DNA of 48,145 nucleotides from Actinomycetales bacterium (GCA_045807245.1 JBJMHS010000005.1:1-48145); one strand, 5' to 3'. Positions 27,495 to 36,481 are shown, counted from the stretch's first letter. Numbers and translations: made by a program. Notes: generated from the letters alone by a model not told the origin.

Positions 27495-30400
27495 GTGAAG
27501 GTAGCGAGCCTGCGGCGCCACGCCGCGCGAGGGGTCCGGCTGGCCCGACGGCTGCGACCGGATCAACGGCGGGCCGAGGCGGGCGCCCAGACCCAGAGCG
27601 TCATCGGCCGCGCCGCCGCGATCCGACAGACCGAACGCTCTCTCGAGGTCGACCTGCTCTTCCGCGAGGACCTCACCGCCCGCCGCCTGGTCGGACGGGT
27701 CGACGACACCTGGGTCGACCTGGGCGTCCTGCGCTCCAACGGGCGGCCGGGCGGGTACCACGGCTCGGTCGACCTGGCCGCCTTCGTCCAGCTGCCGACC
27801 GAGCCGGCGATCCTCGACCTGTACGTCGACGTGGACCTGCCGCGCGAGGACGTCCGCCGGCTGGAGGCAGAGCTCGAGCTCGCGTTACTGGTCACCCCGG
27901 ACACGCGGCCGACCGCGAGCGGCGGCACCTACCGCCTGCGGCTCGGACGGTTCCGCCAGACCGACTTCGCGGAGGTCATGACCTCGGTGGCCGCCGGACG
28001 TTCGGTCACCGTCTTCCCGGACGCCACCGGACACATCCAGGTCGCGCTGGACTGCGAGCCGGCGCCGTACGCCGAGATGTACGTCAACCGCCTGTCGGCG
28101 GCCGACGGGCGCCTGCGCATGAAGGGCCGGGTCGAGACGCGTCACGGCGACGTCGAGGACGCCTGGCTGGTGCTCAAGGGCCGCGCGTCCGGCATCCGCT
28201 ACAGCCACCCGGTCGCGCTGACGCTGGACGAGGCCGCAACCCGGCGCAGCTTCGGCCTGCGCAGCTACCCGTTCGAGGTGAACCTGCCCTGGACCGACCT
28301 GCTCAAGGAGCCCGACGTACAGGACGACCTGGTGGACGCCTGGCTCAGCGTGCAGACCCGGCAGAGCGGCGGACCGTTCGAGATCCGGGTCGGCCGGACC
28401 CGGTTCTGGGCCCGCTACCTGACCCGCGACGGCATGGGCGAGGTCGACGGCAAGGCGGCGATCCTCACGCCGTACTACACGTTCAAGGCCAAGCGGACGT
28501 CGTTCCAGCTCGACCTGTTCGAGCCCGGGAACCTGCGCTTCATGCGGGCCAGCGTGCGCAAGCGGCACCTGAGCCGGTGGGCCTACCGGGGCCGGCCGAT
28601 CTGGCTCGTCGGCGAGAAGCCGGACAAGGCCCAGGACACCGGGCTCGCGTTCTTCCGTTACCTGCGGGCGCACCACCCTGAGATCGACGCCTACTACGTG
28701 ATCGACCCGGACTCGCCGGAGCTGCCCAACGTGGCGCCGCTCGGCAACGTGCTCATGCGCCGGTCGAAGGAGCACATCCGCGCCACGCTGCTGGCCGAGC
28801 GGGTGTTCGGCAGCCACCATCCCGACTTCCTCTACCCGGTCCGTACGCCGAGGTTCAAGCGCGCCGTGCGCGCCACGCGCGTGTTCCTGCAGCACGGCGT
28901 CATGGGCACCAAGTGGATGGTGCCGAACTACGGCAAGGCCAGCGGCGACTTCGAGACCGACCTGTTCATCGTCAGCTCCGAGCGGGAGAAGCAGTACATC
29001 GTCGGGGACTTCGGCTACGACCCGAAGGAGGTCGTGGTCACCGGGCTGTCCCGGTTCGACTCGCTGCTCGAGCCGGACACCACGACGCGCCGACAGCTGC
29101 TCATCCTGCCGACCTGGCGCGACTGGATCCCGAACGAGGCGGCGTACCTGGAGTCGGAGTACCACGAACGCTGGAGCGGTCTGCTGCACGACCCCAGGCT
29201 GCAGGCGTTCGCCGAGCAGCACGGCTTCGACATCGTGTTCTGCCTGCACCCGAACATGCAGCGCTTCACCAGCCTGTTCCAGGATGCGCCGGTACGGGTG
29301 CTCAGCCATGGTGAGATCGACGTCCAGCACCTCATGAAGGAGAGCGCGGTCCTGCTGACCGACTACTCCAGTGTGGGTTTCGACTTCAGCTTCCTGCACC
29401 GGCCGGTGCTCTACTACCAGTTCGACCAAGAGCGGTTCCTCGGCCCCCGCGGCTCGCACCTGGATCTCGACGCCGAGCTGCCGGGCCCGATCGTCTTCAC
29501 CGACGATGACCTCCTGGCGGAGCTGAGCTCGTTGGCCGACAACGACTTCCGTATGGACACGACGTACCGTCGACGGGCCGACCGGTTCATGACGCATCGT
29601 GACCGGCGTAACAACGAGCGGATCTTCTCGGCCGCGGCGACGGCTCGGACCCGCAACACGTGGCTGCACCGGGTGACCTCGGGTGAGGTGCCGACCTCCG
29701 CCGTCCGGCTGTTCCGGCGCAGCCCCGCGTACTTCCCGGTGATGCGGCGGATGTTCAGCCTGCTGACCCGGCTGCCGGCCGACGACGACCTGGTCGTCTT
29801 CGAGAGTGGCGTCGGGTCGCAGTACGCCGACAGCCCGCGCTACATCTACGAGGAGCTGATCCGCCGCGGAACGCCGATGCGCAAGGTCTGGGCGTACTCG
29901 GGCAAGATCCATCACGGCGACTCCGACACCAAGGTCGTGCAACGGCTCTCACCGTCGTACTACTGGTATCTCGGCCGGGCGCGGTACTGGGTGAACAACC
30001 AAAACCTGCCGCACTACTTCGTCCGGCGGCCGGACGGGATCTACCTGCAGACCTGGCACGGCACTCCGCTCAAACGGATGCTGCACGACCTTGACACGAT
30101 CGTCGGCCGGGACGAGGGGTACATCACGCGGGTGAGCAACGCCGCCCAGCAGTGGAACCTGCTCGCCTCGCCCAGCCCGTGGGCCACGGACCGGATGCGC
30201 AGTGCGTTCCGCTACACCGGGCCGGTCGTCGAGCTGGGCTACCCGCGCAACGACATCTTCTTCCGGCCCGACCGGGACGAGGTCGCCGCGAGTGTCCGGC
30301 GCCGGTTGGGCATCGCACCGGACAAGACGGTGGTCCTGTACGCACCGACGTTCCGTGACGACCAGGCGGCAGGCGCGAACCGGTTCACCCAAAGGCTCGC

Positions 30401-30908
30401 CCTCGACCTGGACACCCTGCGCGCCACGCTGGGCGACGACGTCGTCTTCCTGATCCGGTACCACGGGCTGGTCCGCACCACCGACCCCGTGCCGGAGGAG
30501 CACGCACTGCACGTGAGGGACGTCTCCAAGTACCCGGAGATCCAGGAGCTGTACCTGGTCAGCGACGCCCTGGTGACGGACTACTCGTCGGTCTTCTTCG
30601 ACTTCGCCTGTCTGCGCCGGCCGATCATCTTCTACGCCTACGACCTCGACTCCTACCGCGACGAGCTGCGCGGGTTCTACCTCGACTACGAGCTGGAGAT
30701 GCCCGGGCCGGTCGTGACGACCGAGAAGGAGCTGTACGCCGCGTTGAACTCGCTGCCGGACGTCGAAGCGGAGTACGCCGGGCGGTACGACGAGTTCCTC
30801 GCCCGGTTCAGCCCGCACGACGACGGGGGTGCCGCCGCCCGGGTCGTCGACGAGATGCTGGTACGTGGGGCAGCAGTGCACGCGTCCCGCCGTCGGGGGA
30901 AGCGATGA
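27495..30908 (+). CDS. CDP-glycerol/polyol glycerophosphotransferase (TagF-like) with two tandem catalytic domains
   Basis: Domain 1: AQDTG, VFLQHGV, TGLSRFD, LPTWR, HPN, LTDYSSVGFDF. Domain 2: YADSPRY, LQTWHGTPLKRM, GYPRND, YAPTFRD, VTDYSSVFFDF. Confidence 0.9.
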   Translation: MKVASLRRHAARGVRLARRLRPDQRRAEAGAQTQSVIGRAAAIRQTERSLEVDLLFREDLTARRLVGRVDDTWVDLGVLRSNGRPGGYHGSVDLAAFVQLPTEPAILDLYVDVDLPREDVRRLEAELELALLVTPDTRPTASGGTYRLRLGRFRQTDFAEVMTSVAAGRSVTVFPDATGHIQVALDCEPAPYAEMYVNRLSAADGRLRMKGRVETRHGDVEDAWLVLKGRASGIRYSHPVALTLDEAATRRSFGLRSYPFEVNLPWTDLLKEPDVQDDLVDAWLSVQTRQSGGPFEIRVGRTRFWARYLTRDGMGEVDGKAAILTPYYTFKAKRTSFQLDLFEPGNLRFMRASVRKRHLSRWAYRGRPIWLVGEKPDKAQDTGLAFFRYLRAHHPEIDAYYVIDPDSPELPNVAPLGNVLMRRSKEHIRATLLAERVFGSHHPDFLYPVRTPRFKRAVRATRVFLQHGVMGTKWMVPNYGKASGDFETDLFIVSSEREKQYIVGDFGYDPKEVVVTGLSRFDSLLEPDTTTRRQLLILPTWRDWIPNEAAYLESEYHERWSGLLHDPRLQAFAEQHGFDIVFCLHPNMQRFTSLFQDAPVRVLSHGEIDVQHLMKESAVLLTDYSSVGFDFSFLHRPVLYYQFDQERFLGPRGSHLDLDAELPGPIVFTDDDLLAELSSLADNDFRMDTTYRRRADRFMTHRDRRNNERIFSAAATARTRNTWLHRVTSGEVPTSAVRLFRRSPAYFPVMRRMFSLLTRLPADDDLVVFESGVGSQYADSPRYIYEELIRRGTPMRKVWAYSGKIHHGDSDTKVVQRLSPSYYWYLGRARYWVNNQNLPHYFVRRPDGIYLQTWHGTPLKRMLHDLDTIVGRDEGYITRVSNAAQQWNLLASPSPWATDRMRSAFRYTGPVVELGYPRNDIFFRPDRDEVAASVRRRLGIAPDKTVVLYAPTFRDDQAAGANRFTQRLALDLDTLRATLGDDVVFLIRYHGLVRTTDPVPEEHALHVRDVSKYPEIQELYLVSDALVTDYSSVFFDFACLRRPIIFYAYDLDSYRDELRGFYLDYELEMPGPVVTTEKELYAALNSLPDVEAEYAGRYDEFLARFSPHDDGGAAARVVDEMLVRGAAVHASRRRGKR

Positions 30909-30915
30909 CCGCGCC

Positions 30916-32910
30916 ATGACGGTCAAGGTCTCGGTCGTGGTGCCGGTCTACAACCCGGGCGAACGGATCGAGCCGCTCATCCGGTCGCTGCAGACCCAGA
31001 GCCTGCCGTCGGCGGAGTACGAGGTCGTGTTCGTCGACGACGGGTCGACCGACGGCACCGGCGAGCGCCTGGCCGAGGTCGTCCGCGACAACCCGAACAT
31101 GCGGTTGACCAGCATCCCGAACTCCGGCTGGCCCGGACGGCCGCGCAACGTGGGGACCGACCTGGCCGAGGGCGAGTACGTCTTCTACTCCGACAACGAC
31201 GACGAGCTCTACCCCGAAGCACTCGAGCGGATGTACGACCTGGGCGCCGCCAACGGGTCCGACATCGTGTTCAGCAAGGTCGTTCGGGTCGGCCGGCCGG
31301 GAGAGCCGCCGGCACCGCAGACCATCGGCAAGGGTGACCTGCTCGGCGACGGGCTCCTGCGCTCGCGCACGGTGCACAAGCTCTATCGCAAGGCCTTCCT
31401 GGTCGAGCACGACATCCGCTTCCTCGAGGGCCGGGTCCGGCTCGAGGACCACCACTTCATGGCCCAGGCCATGCCCCGCGCCGGTGTCGTGTCGGTCCTG
31501 GCCGACTACCCGTGCTACCGGTGGATCCACCGCGACGACGGCACCAACAGCTCCTCCTCCCTCGCGGCCATGCCGACCGAGCGGTACTGGGGCGAGTTCT
31601 ACGCCGGCGCCGTCCGCGCGTTCGCGGAGACGGCGGGCGAGGGCGCACTGCTGGACGAGGCCCGACTGGTCGCGGTCGAGCAGGCCTTCGCCCGGTTCTC
31701 ACCGGCCCGCTGGGCCGGCTGGCGCGACCGTGACCGGCGTTCCGTCTTCGATGCGGTCGGCGCGTTCCTCCGCAGCGAAGCGCCACCGCGGCTGGATCAT
31801 CGGCTGCCGGTGCTCAAGCGACTGCGGGTGCAGGCGCTGCGAGCGGCCGACTTCGACCTGTTCAGCCGGGTCCACAGCCTCACGGGCGACCTGAAGCCCG
31901 AGGTCGAGGTCGAGCAGGTGGAGTGGGTCGACGGCGCGCTCCGGCTGCGGGTCGCGGCCCGGCTGGTCGGCCGGCCGGACTCCAGCGCGGACCCCACTGT
32001 GCAGGCCGGACCCCTGGGCGAGCTTTTCCTGTCTGCGGGCGACGACCTCGGCATCCCGGTCGAGGACCGGGTGCTGCTGCCGGACGACGCCGGGCAGGTC
32101 CAGCTGACCGTGCGCGACCGGGCCTCGCTCGTGGAGTGGCCGGTGGAGGCCACGTCGGTCCGGTTCCAGGAGTCGTCCGCCGACGGCCGCGCGGCGCTCG
32201 GGATCAGGTTCGAGGCCACGCTGGACCCGGAGACGCTGGTGTTCGGCGGGCCACTCGACCAGGGCATCTGGGATGTCTTCGCCCGTCTGCATTTCCTCGG
32301 TGAGGGCTCTCGGCCGCCCATCCCGGCCCCGGAGGCGCTGGCCGCGACCGTCTGGGTGGGCGCCCGCGAGGTGCGCGCCTACGCGACGAAGTCCGGCAAC
32401 CTCGCACTCAAGGTCCAGCCGGCGCCACTCCCCCGCAGCCGGGAGGGCGTCCGCGCGGTCGAGGTGCGGCTGGTCGACGACGCGATGACCGTCGTCCTGC
32501 CCCAGCCACCCGCCAATGGCGGGTCGCACGCGTCCGTCGTGCTGCGCCGCGCCGGCGATGAGCCGGTGGGTCCGTTCCCGGTCGAGGGCCGGACCGTCGT
32601 CCTTGACCTGTCGGCCCTCACGGCCGGGCAGAGCGCCGACGCGTACCTGCGCGTGGAGTCCGCAGCCGGCGTCGTCGACGAGCTGCTCAGCTGGGATGCC
32701 GGGCCGTCCCGCAGCACCGCGCCGTACGCCGCCTTCCGCGGCCGGCACGGCGGGGTCGTCGCCCGCCGTCTGCGGGCCGATGAGGCGCCGCCGCAGAACG
32801 CCGCAGTCCCCGGGGCGGGCCCGAGGCGCGGACCGGCCGGGCTGCGTCACCAGGGCGAGCGTGTCGTGCGCCGCCTGCGCCGCGAGCTGCGTCGCCGGAC
32901 CGGCCGATGA
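30916..32910 (+). CDS. Glycosyltransferase family 2 (TarS-like N-terminal domain with long C-terminal extension)
   Basis: ATG 30916. VSVVVPVYN, VDDGSTD, NSGWPGRPRNVG, SDNDD, HKLYRK, RLEDHHF. Confidence 0.85.
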   Translation: MTVKVSVVVPVYNPGERIEPLIRSLQTQSLPSAEYEVVFVDDGSTDGTGERLAEVVRDNPNMRLTSIPNSGWPGRPRNVGTDLAEGEYVFYSDNDDELYPEALERMYDLGAANGSDIVFSKVVRVGRPGEPPAPQTIGKGDLLGDGLLRSRTVHKLYRKAFLVEHDIRFLEGRVRLEDHHFMAQAMPRAGVVSVLADYPCYRWIHRDDGTNSSSSLAAMPTERYWGEFYAGAVRAFAETAGEGALLDEARLVAVEQAFARFSPARWAGWRDRDRRSVFDAVGAFLRSEAPPRLDHRLPVLKRLRVQALRAADFDLFSRVHSLTGDLKPEVEVEQVEWVDGALRLRVAARLVGRPDSSADPTVQAGPLGELFLSAGDDLGIPVEDRVLLPDDAGQVQLTVRDRASLVEWPVEATSVRFQESSADGRAALGIRFEATLDPETLVFGGPLDQGIWDVFARLHFLGEGSRPPIPAPEALAATVWVGAREVRAYATKSGNLALKVQPAPLPRSREGVRAVEVRLVDDAMTVVLPQPPANGGSHASVVLRRAGDEPVGPFPVEGRTVVLDLSALTAGQSADAYLRVESAAGVVDELLSWDAGPSRSTAPYAAFRGRHGGVVARRLRADEAPPQNAAVPGAGPRRGPAGLRHQGERVVRRLRRELRRRTGR

Positions 32911-33614
32911 ACAGCTCGCGCAGGCCGGTCGTCGCAGCGGTGCTCGCGGCGGGCGTCGGCCACCGGTTCGGAGCCGGTCGACCGAAGCAGCTGCTGCCGC
33001 TGGGCGACCGGACCATGCTCGAGTGGTCCGTGTCGGCGTTCGTGAACAGCCCGGACGTCGACGAGGTGCTGGTGGTCGTGGCCGCCGGGCTCGTCGGCGA
33101 GGTCCGCGGGCTGCTCAGCCGGGCCGGGATGGCTGAGGTCGCCGTGATCGAGGGCGGCGTGCTGCGTACGGACTCGACCCGGACGGCGATCGAGGCGCTC
33201 GGTGCCCGGGACTGCGATGTGCTGTTCCACGACGGCGCCCGGCCGTTGGTCGACGCGCGGACCATCGCCGACTGTGTGGCCGCGTTGCAGGTGGGCGAGG
33301 CCGTGACCGCAGCCGTGCCGGTCACCGACACGATCGCCGAGGTCGGGCCGGACGGGCGAGTGCTGGCGATCCCTGACCGCGACGGGCTGCGAGCCGTCCA
33401 GACACCACAGGGGTTCCGGCTGTCCACCATCCGCCGGGCGTTCGAGCTGATGGCCGCCGACCCGGCCGCCGCCGGTGGAGCGAGCGACGACTGCCGCGTC
33501 GTCCTGACCTACCTGCCGGACGTGACCGTGACGCTGGTCACCGGCTCACCGCGGAACCTCAAGATCACCCACCCGAGCGACCTGGAGCTGGCCGAGCGCC
33601 TGCTGCAGGGCTGA
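32907..33614 (+). CDS. IspD/TarI family polyol-phosphate cytidylyltransferase
   Basis: LAAGVGHRFG..PKQ, HDGARPL, VQTPQGF, NLKITHPSDL. ATGA-coupled to the GT2; context favours a TarI-like role. Confidence 0.88.
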   Translation: MNSSRRPVVAAVLAAGVGHRFGAGRPKQLLPLGDRTMLEWSVSAFVNSPDVDEVLVVVAAGLVGEVRGLLSRAGMAEVAVIEGGVLRTDSTRTAIEALGARDCDVLFHDGARPLVDARTIADCVAALQVGEAVTAAVPVTDTIAEVGPDGRVLAIPDRDGLRAVQTPQGFRLSTIRRAFELMAADPAAAGGASDDCRVVLTYLPDVTVTLVTGSPRNLKITHPSDLELAERLLQG

Positions 33615-34569
33615 GGCGCTGTCCGCCCAACCGCAGGCGCTGAGCCACATCGGCGGCCGTCCGGGCGATGCCGACGGGCAGGGGGGTTCGCGCCAGCCGG
33701 TCCAGCGCGGCCCACTCGGTCGAGCGCAGGCTCAGGTCGAGCACCTGCGCGCTCGCCGCCGACGACGCGCCGAGCACGACCCGGGGGCGGCGCCGGAACA
33801 GCCGCGCCGACTCGCCCAGCAGGCCGCCGACCGTCGTCGTGCGACCGGACGCCAGGATCTTGGTGACGACCAGTGGTCCGTCCTGGGCGGCAGCGCGTTC
33901 GCGCAGCTCGGCCAGACCGGCAGCGACCATGCGGGCGCAGTCCTCGACGTACAGGTAGTCGCGCCGGGTGTCCATGGGGACGTACAGCGAGAGCGGCTGC
34001 CCGGACAGGTGGGTCAGGCAGATCTGCGACACGAGCCCCTGCGGCTTGGCCAGGTTCTGACCCGGCCCGTAGAGGTTGGCGATGCGGCCGATCAGGACGG
34101 GCGTGCCGGTCTGCTCGGCGAAGGCCCGCACGTCTGCCTCCATGGCGAGCTTCGCGATCCCGTACGGCGTGCGCGGCCGGGGCGCGGACGTCTCGGTGAA
34201 CGGCGGACCGGCGGAGTCGGCGTACACGCCACCGGCGGACGAGGCGAAGAAGAGCGCTCCTGCACCGCCTCGACCGCCGCGCCCACCTCGAACGGTGGCT
34301 TCGGCGAGGTCGGTGAGGAACTCACGGAACAACTCCCGCTCCTGCTCGATCTGGCCGGCTGGCGTGGCCACCACACCAGAGCCCGAGCACCAGGCGACAT
34401 TCCATGGGCCCGGCCCGATGTCCCGGACCTGTTGCCGCAGAACGGCTTTGGCCCGAGCTGGTGCCTCCCACGGCACGTCGGACACGGCCACGGCACCAGG
34501 CACCTGACGCATGACCTGCTGGCCGAGCAGGCCGCCCGCGCCGATGACCAGGGTGCGGTGGCCGATCAC
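33565..34569 (-). CDS. NAD-dependent epimerase/dehydratase (extended SDR)
   Basis: Start re-called at GTG 34569 (GTGA overlap). VIGAGGLLG, ASSAGGVY, YGIAK, RIANLYGPGQ, RDYLYVED. Confidence 0.88.
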   Translation of the reverse strand: MIGHRTLVIGAGGLLGQQVMRQVPGAVAVSDVPWEAPARAKAVLRQQVRDIGPGPWNVAWCSGSGVVATPAGQIEQERELFREFLTDLAEATVRGGRGGRGGAGALFFASSAGGVYADSAGPPFTETSAPRPRTPYGIAKLAMEADVRAFAEQTGTPVLIGRIANLYGPGQNLAKPQGLVSQICLTHLSGQPLSLYVPMDTRRDYLYVEDCARMVAAGLAELRERAAAQDGPLVVTKILASGRTTTVGGLLGESARLFRRRPRVVLGASSAASAQVLDLSLRSTEWAALDRLARTPLPVGIARTAADVAQRLRLGGQRLSPAAGARPAPGRSGG

Positions 34570-35594
34570 GGTTGCTCGGCGTCCAGGTCGCGTGACGTGG
34601 GTTCGCGTCCGAGCGGGCCGTACTTCGGGTCCGAGGTGATGAGGTACAGCGGTTTGCCCATCGCCATGTTGACCGCGACCCCGAGGTACTCCGCCACGAT
34701 GCCGAGCGAGAACAGCACGGCGCCCGTCCCGACGAGCACGACCACCATCACCGAGGTCCAGCCGGCCACCGTGATCGAGCCGGTGAGCCGGACGACGGCG
34801 AGGACAACGGCGATGACCAGCCCGAGCACGCCGAACACGACGCCAAGCACGCTGACCAGGCGGAGCAGCCGGGTGCCGCTGGTCAGCACCATGCGCCAGA
34901 AGTGCGAGGCCAGCGTGCGCAGGGTGTAGCCCGACTCCCGCCGGCCTTCCTCGCGCATCTCGACCGGGCACGTGGTCACCCGTCCCGCGATCCAGCCGAG
35001 CGCGACGTCCAGGTAGACGCCGGCCCCGGCGTAGGCCCCGACGCCTCGGGCGATCTCGCCGAGCATCAGCCGGTAGCTGTGGTACGACGCGGACGCCTGG
35101 CCGCCGACCAGCTTGTCGACGACCCACTTGGCCGCGCGTGAGGTCAGGTTGCGGAACCGGCCGTGGGGCGGCGCGTTGGTGGGCCGGGCGTAGACGACGG
35201 ACGCCTGCTCGCGCATCGCAACGTCGAGCAGCCGCGCGATGTCTCTCGGGTCGTGCTGACCGTCCTCGTCGAGGGTGACGACCCAGTCGCCGCCGGACGA
35301 CGACATGCCCGCCAGGGTTGCGGCGTGCTGGCCGAAGTTGCGGCTGAGCCAGACCGGCCGGACGAAAGGGTGCTCCGCGGCCAGCGTCCGGATGACCTCG
35401 GCGGAGCGGTCCGGCCCGTTGTCGAAGACGAGCAGGACCTCGCCGACGCGAACCTGGTGGCCGTCCGGCGTCGCGAACGGCTCGGTCAGTGGGCCGATCT
35501 CCGCGCACAGGCCGGGCAGGGTGCGCTCGCCTCGATAGACCGGCACGACGACGGACACGACGTGCGGCAGCGCGCCCGCGCCCGGAGAGACCAC
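34566..35594 (-). CDS. GT2 undecaprenyl-phosphate glycosyltransferase (ArnC/YkoT/GtrB-like)
   Basis: VSVVVPVY, LSRNFGQHAATLAG, TLDEDGQHDP, SYRL, two C-terminal TMs, GIVAEYLG, KPLY. Confidence 0.88.
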   Translation of the reverse strand: MVSPGAGALPHVVSVVVPVYRGERTLPGLCAEIGPLTEPFATPDGHQVRVGEVLLVFDNGPDRSAEVIRTLAAEHPFVRPVWLSRNFGQHAATLAGMSSSGGDWVVTLDEDGQHDPRDIARLLDVAMREQASVVYARPTNAPPHGRFRNLTSRAAKWVVDKLVGGQASASYHSYRLMLGEIARGVGAYAGAGVYLDVALGWIAGRVTTCPVEMREEGRRESGYTLRTLASHFWRMVLTSGTRLLRLVSVLGVVFGVLGLVIAVVLAVVRLTGSITVAGWTSVMVVVLVGTGAVLFSLGIVAEYLGVAVNMAMGKPLYLITSDPKYGPLGREPTSRDLDAEQP

Positions 35595-35600
35595 CGCGCC

Positions 35601-35672
35601 ACCCTAACCGCGAGCCACAGTATTGAGACTCTGTGGACAATTGTCTCAATTGTTGACGGTGCCGGTTAGGTT
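35601..35672. promoter_or_regulatory. AT-rich divergent promoter region with inverted repeats
   Basis: TAGGGT (minus, 35601-35606) and TAGGTT (plus, 35667-35672), each 6 nt from a start codon. IRs CCACAG/CTGTGG and ATTGAGAC/GTCTCAAT. TGTGGACAA at 35632-35640. Confidence 0.65.
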
Positions 35673-35678
35673 CGCGTC

Positions 35679-35726
35679 ATGATCGCAGTGGTGCACTCGA
35701 GCGGCGGATCGCGGCAGATCCGGTAG
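35679..35726 (+). CDS. Candidate leaderless 15-aa small ORF MIAVVHSSGGSRQIR (or 5' end of an sRNA)
   Basis: TAGGTT + 6 nt + ATG, TAG stop at 35724-35726, downstream GC hairpin. Confidence 0.3.
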   Translation: MIAVVHSSGGSRQIR

Positions 35727-35755
35727 AGCCGGTCCGCGGCATGAGAGTGCGTTGC

Positions 35756-35786
35756 GCGGTAAGCCCCGGTCGCCCCCGGGGTCCGC
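35756..35786. terminator. GC hairpin CCCCGG-tcgccc-CCGGGG between the convergent sORF and SnoaL-like gene
   Basis: 6-bp core stem that can extend by GCGG/CCGC, just past the SnoaL stop. No U tail. Confidence 0.35.
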
Positions 35787-35789
35787 AGC

Positions 35790-36239
35790 TCAGGATTGTG
35801 GGACTGATCCGTGGAAGTGCCTGAGCCGCCATCGCTCGTCTCGGAGAACTGCGACGCATGTCAATCGGAAAGGCGAGCGCTCTCCCAGCGCTCGGCCCTG
35901 CGCATCGTCAAATCCCACGGTCCCGACCACGGCGAATACCAGGACTGTCGGCTCGGTCAGCACTGGCACCACACGGTCCCACCCCCAACGGACCACGCCA
36001 TCTTGGGCCAGCATGCGCGACACGTAGTCCTTGCTGTGTTCCGCGTCCAGGCCCTGTCCTGCTGCACCGAAGACAACGACCTCGTCATCAAGAAGCCTCA
36101 TGACGGCGGCGCGATCGTGGGCGGCGAACCCGAGCTGAAGTTGGGACAAGATGCCGCGCGCGACCTCTTCGGTATCAGTCACTGCGCAAGTTTGCCAGAG
36201 CTGGGGCATCCCATCAGTGACGGAACCTCGGCCACGCAC
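35790..36239 (-). CDS. SnoaL-like / NTF2 family protein
   Basis: FAAHDRAAVMRLL, VVVFG, FRLTCVAV..DERWRLRHFHGSVP. True start is probably downstream (about 36182-36209). Confidence 0.75.
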   Translation of the reverse strand: MRGRGSVTDGMPQLWQTCAVTDTEEVARGILSQLQLGFAAHDRAAVMRLLDDEVVVFGAAGQGLDAEHSKDYVSRMLAQDGVVRWGWDRVVPVLTEPTVLVFAVVGTVGFDDAQGRALGERSPFRLTCVAVLRDERWRLRHFHGSVPQS

Positions 36240-36398
36240 TGATACGCGCCTCGTCAGAAGCGCCCGGTCTCAAATGACCCCACAGGACCGCTCATCGGCA
36301 GATCCGGGCACCGGCCGCTCCGCCCGGGGCCGGGCGGTCCGCTGGCGCCTAGAGGTGGTAGGGGAGCACCGTGATGCCAGGGCGAGCGGATCGCGGCA

Positions 36399-36447
36399 TG
36401 TCGGGACTGTTTCGACGTTGGGGCGATACCCTAAGTCGAGCCCGACA
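36399..36447. terminator. Long imperfect hairpin downstream of the GT2 gene
   Basis: Nested stems TGTCGGG/CCCGACA, TCGAC/GTCGA and TTGGGG/CCCTAA, with loop CGATA. Confidence 0.45.
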
Positions 36448-36481
36448 CGTGGGCACCGCGGCTGCGACTCGTTGCGGTGGG

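Noticed and set aside
33565..35649. Apparent 694-aa SDR with a long N-terminal extension (possible frameshift fusion with GT2)
   Set aside because: The extension is an off-frame reading of the GT2. A GTGA stop/start overlap at 34566-34569 explains two separate genes.
36428..36447. Second PafBC-like motif TGTCGG...TAGGGT on the minus strand
   Set aside because: The spacer is 8 nt rather than 10, it is part of a hairpin, and no start codon is suitably placed.
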